From positions 10,076,451 through 10,140,450 of the forward strand of contig NC_134035.1 of assembly GCF_964204645.1 (NCBI RefSeq): a DNA stretch of 64,000 nt, read 5' to 3'. The stretch comes from Tubulanus polymorphus (taxonomy: Eukaryota; Animalia; Nemertea). Under the pieces are notes generated by a model. The model was given only the letters and a program-made list of their open reading frames with translations, did no database searches and had not been told where the DNA came from. The position numbers and the translations under genes were made by a program. Numbering within the stretch: the stretch's first letter is position 1; every line of letters begins with the position of its first letter. Shown here piece after piece: positions 1 through 11,785 of the stretch.

Positions 1-59
1 TCCCAGATTTACACCGATGAGTAGTTATCTGAAAGATAATCAAATAGAATTTTAATTAA

Positions 60-224
60 GGGATCATTCATTTATTACGTACGCATAAAATTTGAATTTT
101 TCAACCCCCCTTCCCCCTCTGTACGCAAAATCGGCCATATTTTCATATAGATTAAGCATTACAGTACGCAATTGCACTGAACCCTCCCCCTCCCTTGATG
201 CGTACATAATAAATGAATGACCCC
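60..224. mobile_element. MITE, PIF/Harbinger (Tourist)-like
   Basis: 26-bp terminal inverted repeats GGGATCATTCATTTATTACGTACGCA / TGCGTACATAATAAATGAATGACCCC (2 mismatches), with TAA on both flanks (57-59, 225-227). A related TIR fragment lies at ~512. Confidence 0.8.
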
Positions 225-1162
225 TAAGTCTTCTTACTTTCAGATACACAGTTACACACACACAATGTGCAGATTACAACAGTATATCAGTACTCCAAGC
301 TGAATGCGTTGAAAACAGTCACTACTGTTTTTCTTTGTTCCGCGGCGAACATTTTTTTTTCATTATTTACCGAGTACGAAATGTATGTATACACATAATC
401 ACTGAATACATTCCCTCCACGTGTGGGCATGAAATATCACCAAAGTACTGTTATGAGTACCTGTATGAACGATAATCAAGTTAGTCTCAACTGCCAAATA
501 AATCTTCACTAGGGGCCATTCATAAAGTACGTACTAAAACTACTGATGTCTTTTCCAACTTTGCTGGAAAGAATGTCGGGTGGCTCGGGTGGTCAGTTTT
601 GTTAGTACATATATAGGCCTAACAAAGATGGCCAGTTGATCTAAAACGTCGAATTTTAATCCATTTTACACCGTACTGGAGGCTAACCAGAAAAGTCTCC
701 TTTCTGTGGTGGTCCTATTAAGACCCCATATCGGGTATGTGCTTCCGAAACTGGCTCAGCTAAGCCACTCAACATCCTCGAGAGCCAAGTTGAAAGAGAC
801 ATTACTTCTCTCAATGTATATAATACTTAGAATTGCGTACATGGAGGAAAAGGGGTTTGAAAATCGGGGGCCTTATGCTCAAAAGTTGGTTAGAGTTTAC
901 TGGTGGACAGACACCGCAGTTTCAATTGTCAATATGGCATATATCCACCCAGATTACTCTAACCAATTTTGAGTAACTGGCCACAGCTTTTTGAGCGTAC
1001 ACAGACTTTATTGATGAAATGATCATTATTCAACATACATTCTTTGATCGATGTTAAATCTGTTTAATGTTTATACAATCGAAATCACGCTTCGACTGAG
1101 CATATGCCTATTCGTGATGTTTGTGGATTCAAATTTTCTTTTATTTCTTTCTACTAAGAATT

Positions 1163-1363
1163 AAGCCCAACGCACACGGCAAAACATTTGTTTCGCCGAA
1201 ACAGAAAACACGTTTTTCAGAAAACGTTTTTTGCTCGTGAAAAACGTTTTTCGTGAAAAGCGTTTTGTGTTTTGCCTCCCCGCACACTGCATAACAAAAA
1301 CATCGAAAAAAATGTTTTTTCACAAGGAAAAAACGTTTTTTCGGTGCCGTGTGCGTTGGGCTT
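1163..1363. mobile_element. MITE with 19-bp perfect TIRs
   Basis: AAGCCCAACGCACACGGCA at 1163-1181 has its exact reverse complement at 1345-1363. The interior is made of AAAACGTTTT subrepeats. Confidence 0.8.
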
Positions 1364-1640
1364 TCAGCTTCGCAGCAGAATGACAAATGTTGGCTTTTAT
1401 GAACTCGGCGCGGTGCCTGTCACAGGTGTTTTCTCAGTCGTTTGTAAGTTAGTTCTTGGCACACAAACAAATAACAAACTGATATGTATGTCCATATGTT
1501 CTGTATTAAGATGCTATCATTTGAATTTGTAATGAAAACGCCAGCTGGTGTGAAATAAGGTGAAAAAATGTTCGACAGCACATTCTTGAGACTTGCTAAA
1601 AATAAGTCTTGTGATACACGGTTGAACTTCATTGGCTGCA

Positions 1641-1781
1641 GGGGCCAGTTGCACAGTCAAGGCTTAGATTTTCGATGCAGGCTGAGACCAACTTAATTCT
1701 ATAGCCAATTCAACAACTTAAGACCAGTCTTAAAATCAAAGACCATTTCTGGAATTAGGTCATGAATGTGCAACTGGGTCC
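1641..1781. mobile_element. MITE (GGGGCCAGTTGCACA family)
   Basis: Termini GGGGCCAGTTGCACA ... TGTGCAACTGGGTCC. A second, interrupted copy lies at ~5386-5695. Confidence 0.7.
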
Positions 1782-4741
1782 ACAACTAAACAGATAGTTC
1801 TTTATAATATCTCGTATGTAAATACGGGCAGTTAAATTTGTTCGGGACAGAGTATAGAACGAAGGAGGAACCAATATCCAGCACTGACACTGGTTAATTT
1901 ATGTTCCGCTAGTCAGTGGCTTATTTACGTCACTTGTAAATGGTCTTGATTATCTCACGACCTGAGAGGTTTTCCGAGTGGACCGCATCACCTAGTAAAG
2001 ACTAGTCTATCGCACATGGCTTTATTCATTTCATTTTTCTAATCTCGCATAATTGTTATAAATAAATCTCTACTATTATTAGTGCTATTAGTGTAAAAAA
2101 GAAACGACCGGTATTTTCAGTAACGACAATACATGGAAATAATCTTAAACGAAAAAAAAACAGTTAAAACGTTACTTTTGATTGTTACGCTTGTATTTGT
2201 TTTAATCGATGTAGTAATTGTACTGTATTAATTGCGTTGTTAATTCGTATTCCGTGTAAATATACGTGTAAATAATGTAACATTATCAAGTGTCGCGCGC
2301 GCGCGCAATTTTTTTCTCGCAATTTTATTAGCTTGTGATAGTAGTCGGAGAATTTGTATTAATATTAATTTAATTATCAATGTTTGTATACGAGATGAAT
2401 GTGTATTGTATTTTTTAATTGTACGGGCGGCAGAAAACTCTGCGTTTATTATGATTCCAGCAGATTTTGCTCGTTTAAACCTAGTATATAGATTGTAAAT
2501 TTCCTTCCTGATGATAGCTGCCATAATAATGTGATTCGATGGACATTATCCAATGAGCAGGTGTTGCTGAATACTTGTTTTCAGTTGACAAAAAAACTTA
2601 ATTTATCTCGCTCCTGCTCGTGATGTTTGATGAATTATGCACGCGTTTATATGAGATTTCCATTTCTAAGTTGATTATATGTTAAAACGCGAAGTTCTAT
2701 TAGAATTTGCAAAATTTGGGCATGAAAAAGTGGAAGAAACGAGCATCGGGCATAAAGCACTGGAAATGTCAAACTCAAATCGGCGAAACATGATCAATTA
2801 TGAAAAATAACGCTGCTCTTTGTGTCGGGAATGCTTGGTCAAGGTTTTGGTAAATGTTTCTGTGTTGGTCACAATATTTTCAATCATATTTACTGTTAAC
2901 TAAGCGGTACATTGTTTAGGGGCCAAATCTGACCCGATTGGGTGGGTTTATTGTTTTTTATGTGTTCATCATACGTATGCAGAAGTTTGGTAGTACAGTA
3001 GACTCCGTTTACCATGGAGTCAATAGCCTCGTATTATCGCATGCTCCGGATAATATATTACAAATTTTCTTACTCCAATTCACCGTGGCAATGGCCCACC
3101 CATCCTTGCTCTGAGCACCCCAGAATTTGCGTACCTCAGTGAGAGTTTATTGTTCCCGTGATTTTCAAGGCAAGCGCAGTCTACTGACTACTTAATTGAT
3201 TTAATTTGTTTGAATGATGTTTTGCTTTAAGTCCGATCAGAGATTTTCTCAGTCACTGAATTGATATCATCGATTCTGAAGTCGTATATTCAGTATTTGT
3301 TAGAGAAACTTCAACCAAACTATACAAAACTAACCTCTAAAATATGTGGGATCATCCATTTGTCGTATATGCAAAATATTCTTTAATATTCACGATGTAC
3401 ATATTGATCGGATGGTCCCTTACTTGGACTGTGCCTTTAGCTTGCCAGTGTTAGAAAACACATGCAATTTCATACCTCAAAAAAGCCTTCTCTACTTAAA
3501 GATGTGTAGCATTTCGTTCATTGGTCGTTGTCCTATTATCGGTGATAATTTTCAAATAAAAGAATCTTCTAAATTATGAAATTATTGTCTAAACGTGTCG
3601 GCCGAATTAAGCACGGGCCAAATTTGACTCGGTTCTGGTCTGAGCAAAATTCCCTGTGACCGTGGCTATCATTTGAATTTCTTCAGTTTTTCCAAAAAGT
3701 CTGCATCCCCAATTAAATTCTTTGAAAAGGGCTGAAACAGTAGGATGCATGTAACCAGAAAGAAATGCTTGTGTGCGTGTACTTTTATCGAATGCTGGTC
3801 ACTTTAAATTGAAATATCAGTTATTATGATATTAGATATAAATTCTCTAGATATTGATCGCTAGTCCTTTTAGTCCATTTTATGAAACGTTATGCCAATA
3901 ATAGTCGATGTGAATGAAGAAAATTATTCTTTGCATTTCAAAAAAATTCGTAGATGTAATTTCACTCGTATTTTAGTCAAGAATGTGATTAATCATTTTT
4001 AGCATTGCTCAATTCTAAATCAGCGGGTAAATCTATGATGCCTTAAATCTAGCCTTCAGTCACCTGAGTGCCAGGAATGCGCGCGTTGCCTTCATTCAGG
4101 TACGCGCCAAAGAATCAAAATTGCATCAGAGTTAGAACTATTAGTATAATTAGCATTTCCTAAAAATCAGGTCAAACGCTTTTTCGGCTTTCAATGAAGT
4201 TGAGGCTGGTTTTCCGTTCAAAACCTTAAACAATTTTTACTCTGCTAGTAATACAAGAAAGAATTTTTATACTTTGATGATACATCGTAAGCTTTATTAT
4301 TGTGAACTCGATTTATCCTGCCTTTAAATGGAAATATTGCTGTCAATTTATTTTGCACTTTAGATATTCAAACCAACAAAACCCAGATTGTTAAGTTAGT
4401 TTTAACGCATTAGGATCTAGTATTATGTATAATTGGATGCATTTCTCTCTTCGATTTGTTTTTAGTAAAGATGTGTTAATTGTATTATGTCATTGTGTTT
4501 TTATTTGTTAGCATGATTGTCTAGAATTTGTTAAATCTTAAGTCAAACTAACGCTGTGCAGTATTCTAAGTTATCATCAAAATTCTACAAGTTTGATTTG
4601 TAAATTTGCCAAATTGTGAGATATTATAGGTAAGCGTAAGTCAAAGTATAGAAGGGTTTTTGGTATTGTAAATGTCTTGAGTTTCATTCTCTACTGTAAC
4701 CATGTACGATGCAACATATACGATTCAACAAACGTGTTTCT

Positions 4742-4857
4742 GAGTTAACAAATAAAAACCCACGGTTGGATCTGTAAAAAACTGTTTATTTTCCTATACA
4801 CTAAAGGAAAATAAACTGTTTTTACAGATCTAACTGTGGGATTTTATTTGTTAACTC
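4742..4857. repeat. Foldback palindrome (probable small MITE)
   Basis: GAGTTAACAAATAAAAACCCACGGTTGGATCTGTAAAAAACTGTTTATTTTCCT pairs with AGGAAAATAAACTGTTTTTACAGATCTAACTGTGGGATTTTATTTGTTAACTC across a short loop. Confidence 0.8.
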
Positions 4858-5385
4858 TACACTGAGATTGATATCAGTTAATTGCAGTCATGTTTTTCTG
4901 TGTTTTCGTTTATTAAGTCGCAAATTGAGATTGAAGAATTGTTAACGTAATCCACGCGCAGAATCATCTGTATAAGTCTTGCTGGTTGTCGTATATCTGT
5001 AATCCAGTACACAACAGTTCCACAGTTGGAAGGATGCGCCTAAACTGTGTCACCTTTCCTTTCGAGGAGATAAGCTAGTCTATGAAATCCGTCAAAAGAA
5101 ACTATTGCCAATTAATTCATAGAAGAGAGTTGATGTCCTATCTCTTAAAGTTAAACTGTGGAACCCCGTTACCAAAATGTCCAATAATATACGTCACCAC
5201 GTTCATTTTGAAGTGTATCTGTTATTGTGGCACGTCGTTTCATTGTATCATAGTGCAATACTATAAAAAAATACCAGGTGCATTGTTTGTCTTTATAGAA
5301 ATAATGATTGATTATTATCATAAATTATGTCTTTTCTGGTTTGTTTGTTTCCTTTCTTTTGCGATCCTATTCGAAAAACTTGAGA

Positions 5386-5695
5386 GGGCCAGTTGCACAG
5401 TCAAGGCTAAATATATCTGTACTATCGATTTCCGATTTCAAAATCAAACCCCCTGTTTCGCTCCTGGCAGGTGTGGTGGGTCTGTAAGGGACACTCAATC
5501 GAAAAATCAAACAAAATTTACCAGCCAAATAAATGAATTATGGGGACAATCCCTATTTTAAGATAAAAAAAAGATTTGAGACCAGCCTTAGGCCATCTTG
5601 AATAGTCAATCTACCAACTTACAGCTACCTACCAACATACATGTACTCGTCTTAAGATTCAGAACTACTTCGGATGTCACGACTGCGCAGCTTAG
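5386..5695. mobile_element. Diverged copy of the 1641 MITE, interrupted by a nested repeat (~5415-5572)
   Basis: Starts GGGCCAGTTGCACAGTCAAGGCT as at 1641. After ~5573 it resumes with similarity to the rest of that element (gagacca...atagtcaat...caactta...gtcttaa). Confidence 0.55.
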
Positions 5696-5972
5696 CACAG
5701 ATGTTTATCTTAGGTCTGAGCATGGACGTCGTCCATGGTCTGAGCTTGGAGTAATCATTGAACAACAAGATCCGAGTGACACTAGTGCCGGTGAGGACCT
5801 TGTAAACATTCACGCGCCACATTATACATGCATGAAGACATCTTCGGACTGAAATCTTTATCTGGGAGCTACTCTAATGGAAGACTATATAAACGAATGA
5901 AAATAACGCATGTGCATCCTTGGATTTCGTAGTTTTATAGATCACGTGTGACAATTTTGCAAGACAAAATTA

Positions 5973-6185
5973 GGTGCTGTTCAAAAATTACGTATCACAT
6001 TTTTTTGGAAAATCTGACATTCCCTCACTCTAGTGACAAGCTGTAACAAATTTGGCAGAAATTCCAAAATTCTGCTATGTAACAGATGTTGAGATACCCC
6101 CCCCCCCCCTGTAGCAATCTGTAACAAACTTTTTGACACCCCGCCCCCCCCCCCATACGTGTTACGTAACTTTTGAAAAAGCCCC
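5973..6185. mobile_element. MITE, PIF/Harbinger-like
   Basis: Imperfect TIRs GGTGCTGTTCAAAAATTACGTATCAC / GTGTTACGTAACTTTTGAAAAAGCCCC with TTA on both flanks and internal poly-C tracts. It lies ~65 bp past the stop codon of the Gly-rich gene. Confidence 0.7.
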
Positions 6186-6250
6186 TTACGATGAAGCAGT
6201 CCTTGGTTTACGTGATAATGTTGATTTAACTTCATAAAACAGTTTGAGAA

Positions 6251-7204
6251 CTAGTAATAAAGGCCATTCATCGGACCACCGCCTCCCTGGCCTTTGCCAC
6301 TTCCCCATCCACCTCCGCCGCCTCCTCCGAAACCTTTTCCAGTACGAGCATCCCATCCTCCGTATCCAAAACCATAGCCGCCTCCATTACCGGTACCGTG
6401 ACCGCCTCCGTAAGCTATACCCGGGATGAATGAGTAGCCACCCCCGTAACCAGAAGCATGTCCAGCACCCGATCCCTGTGCCGATCCGTATCCGTTGGTT
6501 CTGTGCATATTGCCTTTAAACAAGGACTTTTTGGTACCTCCCATCTCGGTGTACTGCTGCCTAGTCGTATCAATAGGCGCGTTCAAACGGCGACCTCCGT
6601 AAAGGTTAGAACCACCATAATTACCGATGTCAGCATTGCCGAGGACGTAATGGCCAGTTTGGCCGCTGTTTCCCGAGTTACGTATAACTCCGCCGCGATT
6701 CAGATAGCCGTAGTTACCCATAACACGTCGCCCGGCGTTTACATTAGCCGCACCTCCGGCGTAACCAGCAGCTCCAGCTGCACCAGCACCATAACCAGCA
6801 CCGTAACCGCGTGCACCTCCATATCCACCAGCACCACCATATCCTACTGCTCCAGCGGCACCGTACCCTCTACCGTACCCACTGCCATATCCGCTGTTGT
6901 ACTGATTTCCGTAGTTTCCTTGAGCACCTCCGCTCTGATGACTGGCGACGTCATAAGCTCCGCGACGCCCTGCCTGGAACTGGTTGGCTCCTCGTCCGTA
7001 CGTACCACCGCCGGCTCGGGCTCCAGCAACGCCGTATGCCCCAGCCGTACCGCCAGCACCGTATGCTCCGTAATTTCCCCTGATTCCATTTCGATTCGCG
7101 TTAGCCATCGAGTAAAGTTGTCGACCACCCCTGCCATAAGCTCCGTATCCCATTTGGCTGGCCGTAGCGGCTGCTACTAACAGCAAAAGCAGAAAAATCT
7201 TCAT
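6251..7204 (-). CDS. Secreted Gly/Tyr/Ala-rich low-complexity protein, 317 aa (structural/adhesive-type or Gly-rich peptide precursor)
   Basis: Single-exon ORF. The start was moved to the ATG at 7204 because MKIFLLLLLVAAATA is a classic signal peptide and a TATA/Inr pair lies just upstream. The protein has GYG/GAYG/GGYG repeats, no Cys, and is GC-rich relative to its flanks. Confidence 0.88.
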   Translation of the reverse strand: MKIFLLLLLVAAATASQMGYGAYGRGGRQLYSMANANRNGIRGNYGAYGAGGTAGAYGVAGARAGGGTYGRGANQFQAGRRGAYDVASHQSGGAQGNYGNQYNSGYGSGYGRGYGAAGAVGYGGAGGYGGARGYGAGYGAGAAGAAGYAGGAANVNAGRRVMGNYGYLNRGGVIRNSGNSGQTGHYVLGNADIGNYGGSNLYGGRRLNAPIDTTRQQYTEMGGTKKSLFKGNMHRTNGYGSAQGSGAGHASGYGGGYSFIPGIAYGGGHGTGNGGGYGFGYGGWDARTGKGFGGGGGGGWGSGKGQGGGGPMNGLYY

Positions 7205-7251
7205 TTTGGCGCTTAAGTTCGCGGTTGTATGTGGTTTCTGAAAATGTGAAT

Positions 7252-7285
7252 GAATGACGCCATGAGCTGGGTGGTAAGATTTATA
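7252..7285 (-). promoter_or_regulatory. Core promoter: TATA box plus initiator
   Basis: Minus-strand TATAAA at 7285-7280 and TCATTC at 7257-7252. The Inr A is 30 nt from the first TATA base and ~50 nt before the ATG. Confidence 0.7.
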
Positions 7286-7310
7286 AAGCGAAAGATTTAC
7301 GCACGCAGAA

Positions 7311-7510
7311 TGGGGATACTTGAGACAACGAGGTAACTTGAGACGATACCTTTTTGTTGATGTAAGCGACAGGGGTGAGTTCATCGGCATTTTCTCGAAT
7401 GGAATGAATCGCTATTATGCAAGAAAATGATGAAAATGACCAAGAAAATGTCGATGAACGTCAATAAAAGATGTTTTGCCTCAAGTTATCCCGTTGTCTT
7501 AAGTATCCCA
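7311..7510. mobile_element. MITE immediately upstream of the TATA box
   Basis: TGGGGATACTTGAGACAACGAGGTAACTTGAG (7311-7342) is an imperfect reverse complement of CTCAAGTTATCCCGTTGTCTTAAGTATCCCA (7480-7510). Confidence 0.7.
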
Positions 7511-7619
7511 ATTCTTCGGTACACGTAGGTAAAATATCTATACATTTATATCAAAAATCTAGAAAACTTTCATTGGGATCACGATAATAAAGAAGATACC
7601 AAAGAACGTATTTGTGTCT

Positions 7620-7740
7620 TTGATCTTGGAACAGGGGATTGTCCAGCTTATTGATTAGATTGATCGATTAATTTTGATTCGATATAAAATTCTGTGTCCA
7701 TTACAAACCCACCACACCTGCCGGGAACGAAACGGGGAGT
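7620..7740. repeat. Dispersed repeat; inverted, diverged copy at ~5449-5570
   Basis: GTGTCCATTACAAACCCACCACACCTGCCGGGAACGAAACGGGG matches, as reverse complement, CCCTGTTTCGCTCCTGGCAGGTGTGGTGGGTCTGTAAGGGACAC at 5451. Confidence 0.7.
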
Positions 7741-8867
7741 TGTGTTCTTGTTTTTAAAAAGTGAAACTAGATAATTGAGGAAATGAGTTATCTTTGTTTC
7801 TCTTACCTTAGTAGCTGGTCCACTAGAATGAACACTCCGAACACTTTGCGAACTTCTTTAAACCTGCTAGGTGATGAGGCGCAAGTGTTTTTGATAACTA
7901 GTGTAAATCATTTGTATACCGCAAATAGAGGTGACCGTCGTTTGCATGTGTGTCTCCTTCGCTCATTGCAAAATAAATTACAAGATGTGTTTTGAGACAT
8001 GATAAATGAGTGCGCTTGTGTAAAGAATGTTATCCCTTTTGGCTGAATGTCATGTTGGCTCAGACATGTATTTGATTTTTATCTGTTTTTACGAATAAAA
8101 CTAAAGACGGAGACACTACAAAAGTTGGTTCATTTTTCATTTATGGACAGGTTGTTTTTGTTGCCTATAATTTCATCCGGGTGCGGTAGAGACCCGTCTG
8201 CTCCGCTTCAACTTGAAATGCAAGCAAAGTCTGGTGTTATGCATTACAGTAAGATTAATTTAGTCATTTTTTCGCTAGTATCACATTGAAAACGAAGTAA
8301 AAAATGAATCACGTATACGTCCATACAGCTAAACATCTATCAAAACGTCTTTATTAACATGATCTATCCTGGAACAATAATATATCCATCCTTATATGAT
8401 CTAAAAGAAGGTTAAATGTGAAGTTTAGTTGATCAGACTAGATGTGAGCGTGCCTATATTCCTAGCCTATCTATAAGTAACATATGTTTGAAATTATAGA
8501 GCTTTATACGTATGGCTTTAAACCCCACCTGCGCTGAAGACATAATGGTTTTATGGCCAGGTAAATACGAAAGTGACTGTTAACATAGTTGGTTACAGCT
8601 GGTTGAAGCGCTTAATCTTAAATTATTCGCCTTGATGATAGAAAGTGTTCATTGATTCAAATGACAACCTAGAGTCAAGTGAAACCTAGCCGATGTCTCA
8701 TAATTGAGGAGCAAAAAATTGCATTTCAAAAACTCGCGTATCCATGTTACTATCGACCACACGACCAAAACGGGGCATCACAGAAAGGGCGCACCACAGT
8801 GATCCATCGACTTCGAGTTCAGTGCGAAAAACCTTATTGGTGGATGGGTGAGGAAACACCGTCTACA

Positions 8868-9021
8868 GTCCAGACCGGGAGGAGTGGTCTACTACCCATT
8901 TGGAGACACCGTCCAGACCGGGAGGAGTGGTCTACTACCCATTTGGAGACACCGTCCAGACCGGGAGGAGTGGTCTACTACCCATTTGTAGACACCGTCC
9001 AGACTGGCATTTGGAGACACC
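8868..9021. repeat. 43-bp tandem minisatellite, 3 copies plus a partial
   Basis: GTCCAGACCGGGAGGAGTGGTCTACTACCCATTTGGAGACACC repeated head-to-tail with no spacers. Confidence 0.95.
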
Positions 9022-9473
9022 ATCTAAGTAGTCTCTTACGCATTCAGAGAGACCAACCCGAGTGAGAAAAATTACTTTCAGACACGGTCTACGCCCTCCT
9101 CATTATTTTGAGGGAAGCTATGAGAGAGCTATGAAAAAGATGATCGCGGGCAATGAATTGTTTATTAAGGACAAACAACTGTTTATCTTACTGGATAAAC
9201 GCTGCTATTAGATAATAACGGGAACACCAGAACACCATTAGATAATAACGGTTCGAACCTACGTCGGACAACCGTTTCATTAGTTAATATTCTATTCTTA
9301 GTTCATTGAAGATCTGCTACAGGGCGACTGTGATTTTCATTTTTGCAAAGCAAAGCGTCAATCTGACATTTTATGCTGTGTTAAATATAAGTAGTTTTAT
9401 ATATTATATTTTCATTTCCGTGTAACTGTTACAGGTTGCGGCTAAGAAATAAAAATGGACTAGAAATACACGG

Positions 9474-10604
9474 TTATTTGACTGAATTTCTGCAACGGAT
9501 TTTTGTACAGAAATATTCACGAATTTCTCGTCCGAGTAAAAGATATATGTAGAAATTGACCACATAGTTACACTGTTGGAACTGAGTGAAAATATCAAAT
9601 AGAAAATCTTTCTGTTCCGTAGAGATTGGCAGGTATACAGTAATAGTGGTTGGAAGTGTAAATATTGCAAATGCGAGTGAAACTGTTACAAGCATTGTTG
9701 TTGTTCGTATAGATTTTGTAGTTTTCTTATCATTCGAGACCATCTTTGAGCCTCTGAATAACTGAAATATTATGACAGAATTCGATATAATAATCAATGT
9801 TAAAGGTAAAACGTAGAGGTTGAAAACAATTTTCATAAAAAACATTAAACGGTCTATTGCTTCATAATAACATCCAAAAAACTTGTCGGAAAAATACATC
9901 GATAGAGTAGGTAGAAAATACAGAATCAGTGCATTAACTGCGGTTGTTATCAATATGGTGAATCTAGCGAATCTAGGAGTACATATCAAACGAGATGTGA
10001 ACGGGAAGAGAACAATTGCCGCACGTTCTAGAGATATAGCTACTATAAACCAGGAACTATTACAGGCTGCAAGTACTACAACGAATTCATAGATCTGACA
10101 ACCGACAAGCGAATTCATTATAAATATTGGACCAGTTTCTACGTGCAACATAACAAACTGTAAAACAGGCATCAAACATAGATGGAAGCAGAACAAAAAA
10201 TCACTGAGTGATAAAACGATAAGATAATTAGCGTATGATAATTTCCTGAATCTGCGACTTATCGTTATTAGGAAAGTAGCTGAATTTCCAAAGGCTCCGA
10301 ACAGGAACAATATAGGTAGAATGGCCGATGATAGCGTACGGTAGCTACCAGACCGGTTTGCTATAGACATGATGACCATATAACTGTGATAACTTCGAGC
10401 AATTTGTATCTGAGTAAGATTCATGATTCCCGGGTTGAGGAACTGCTGTCTTAGAGAACGGTAGCTTCCAGACCGGTTTGGTATAGACGTGATGACCAGC
10501 ATATAACTGTGATAACTTCGAGCCATTTGCATCTGAGTATTCACGAGATGAAAGAACTCCGTGTTAGTATTGGGAAATGAATTTACTGAATTTCGGTATT
10601 TCAT
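9474..10604 (-). CDS. Intronless class A (rhodopsin-like) orphan GPCR, copy 1; peptide-receptor/chemoreceptor-like
   Basis: Seven hydrophobic segments with GN in TM1, LSxSD in TM2, C...ISLERA in TM3, FAIFTLP in TM6 and NYVVNFYIY in TM7. The N-terminus has a 41-aa tandem duplication. The true start could be the shared MNLT Met. Confidence 0.9.
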   Translation of the reverse strand: MKYRNSVNSFPNTNTEFFHLVNTQMQMARSYHSYMLVITSIPNRSGSYRSLRQQFLNPGIMNLTQIQIARSYHSYMVIMSIANRSGSYRTLSSAILPILFLFGAFGNSATFLITISRRFRKLSYANYLIVLSLSDFLFCFHLCLMPVLQFVMLHVETGPIFIMNSLVGCQIYEFVVVLAACNSSWFIVAISLERAAIVLFPFTSRLICTPRFARFTILITTAVNALILYFLPTLSMYFSDKFFGCYYEAIDRLMFFMKIVFNLYVLPLTLIIISNSVIIFQLFRGSKMVSNDKKTTKSIRTTTMLVTVSLAFAIFTLPTTITVYLPISTEQKDFLFDIFTQFQQCNYVVNFYIYLLLGREIREYFCTKIRCRNSVK

Positions 10605-11029
10605 TCGTCATTCGATATTGTTAATACGATGAAGTTATCTGAAGAAAATGAAAATCAATTTTCCACGGTATAGATCTAATTCAATTCGCTCAGATATAGA
10701 AAAGTCTATTATATGTGAAGACTAGCATGAAATAATGTAGCCTAACTAAATTGAATATAATTTTCGAACACAACAGACTATCTGTGGTGATGTATCTTCT
10801 ATGGGTTTTAAGCTTATTGAATTAAATTTCAACAGTAGAACTAGAACTGAGGTCGTCATCAAACACGTAAATATCCGTTCATGGAAATGAGATTTTGAGA
10901 AAGGGATCAGAAATTGTTCAAGAAAACAGTTAATTCTTAAGTGGGCACCCTGAATGAATTTTGCGCTCTCACGGGTTATCGCATTTAGATAAAAACGATG
11001 GAAATAAAGTGAAAAATGTACGCTAAATT

Positions 11030-11220
11030 CAAAACCCATATTAGGCTCACCTCGATATGTTCAAAAGTTATGGAAAGTTCTTTCGGAGATCAGATCATGA
11101 CGTACTCGGAAGGTAAGAGACTGATCAACCGGCATCAACGTGGTTTCGTGAAGGGACATTATTTACACCGATTTTGCCAAAGCCTTCGACTGAGTTCCAC
11201 ACCAACGGTTATATAGCTGT
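11030..11220 (+). mobile_element. CR1-like LINE reverse transcriptase fragment
   Basis: Translates to IRLTSICSKVMES...LINRHQRGFVKG and, after a deletion, IYTDFAKAFD*VPHQRL. A more deleted copy lies at ~13935-14085. Confidence 0.85.
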
Positions 11221-11785
11221 AGCAAATACTTGATGCAGTATATATTTAGTGTAAATTGGTCATAAACGTTGTATGAGGTATCAGAACTCTGTGCGTGGTT
11301 ATATATGGAAAGTCGTCAGCAGTTTTTATATCCAGTATGAAATTACCAAAGTGGTCCTACTTATGGTGAAACTCTCGGTACGTATACAATAACTGATAAA
11401 AATTGTCCTTTTTGGATGAAATTCTTCTAGATTTGTGATGACCGATGGATATCCGAGGTTGTAATAACAAGGTTCCATAATCGGCGTAAATTTAAAATTC
11501 TAAATTTCAGCAGAATGTGTTGACCACTAAGTCGAAATTGACTACGATAATTACCGACGTAAAATTGATTTACATGCAGAAAATATAGGTTTATTCCAGA
11601 TTTATTTTCGAATCCTAGGTTTTGCTAGGATATGTCAAACACAAAACGTTTTCGCCCAAGAAGTCTGCAAGGGTTCGAATCTTGTCACTCAGCCTCCTCA
11701 TCAGGTATAATATAAGATATAACATAAACGAGAATTCTCTGAAAAAAAAGACAAATTAATCAATTTTTCGAACATCTCAATCGTG

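Larger units (their letters stand above)
9430..11283. repeat. Segmental duplication unit A (~1.85 kb); partner at ~12300-14143
   Basis: Colinear similarity covers the 3' flank, the GPCR ORF, the upstream region and the CR1 fragment. Confidence 0.9.

Noticed and set aside
2240-2524. AT-rich ORFs (2240-2524, 5082-5561, 29864-30151, 53561-54058)
   Set aside because: Low-complexity or repeat-derived translations with no recognisable domain or splice support.
6458-7180. Antisense or alternative-frame ORFs over real genes (6458-7180, 60531-61142, 62463-62729, 62883-63164, 9404-9670)
   Set aside because: These are shadow ORFs caused by the codon bias of the real CDS and have no independent features.
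7205-7390. 62-aa N-terminal extension of the Gly-rich ORF in the ORF track
   Set aside because: It runs through the TATA box and a MITE, and it would bury the signal peptide.
5449-7740. Inverted repeats flanking the Gly-rich gene, suggesting a Pack-type transposon that captured the gene
   Set aside because: The left copy appears nested inside a different MITE (5386-5695) whose two halves both lie left of the gene. The copies are quite diverged and no TSD is evident, so independent insertions are more likely.
8868-9021. 43-bp repeats (and the 76-bp and 237-bp arrays) as CRISPR arrays
   Set aside because: Units are head-to-tail with no unique spacers, there are no cas genes, and the context is eukaryotic.
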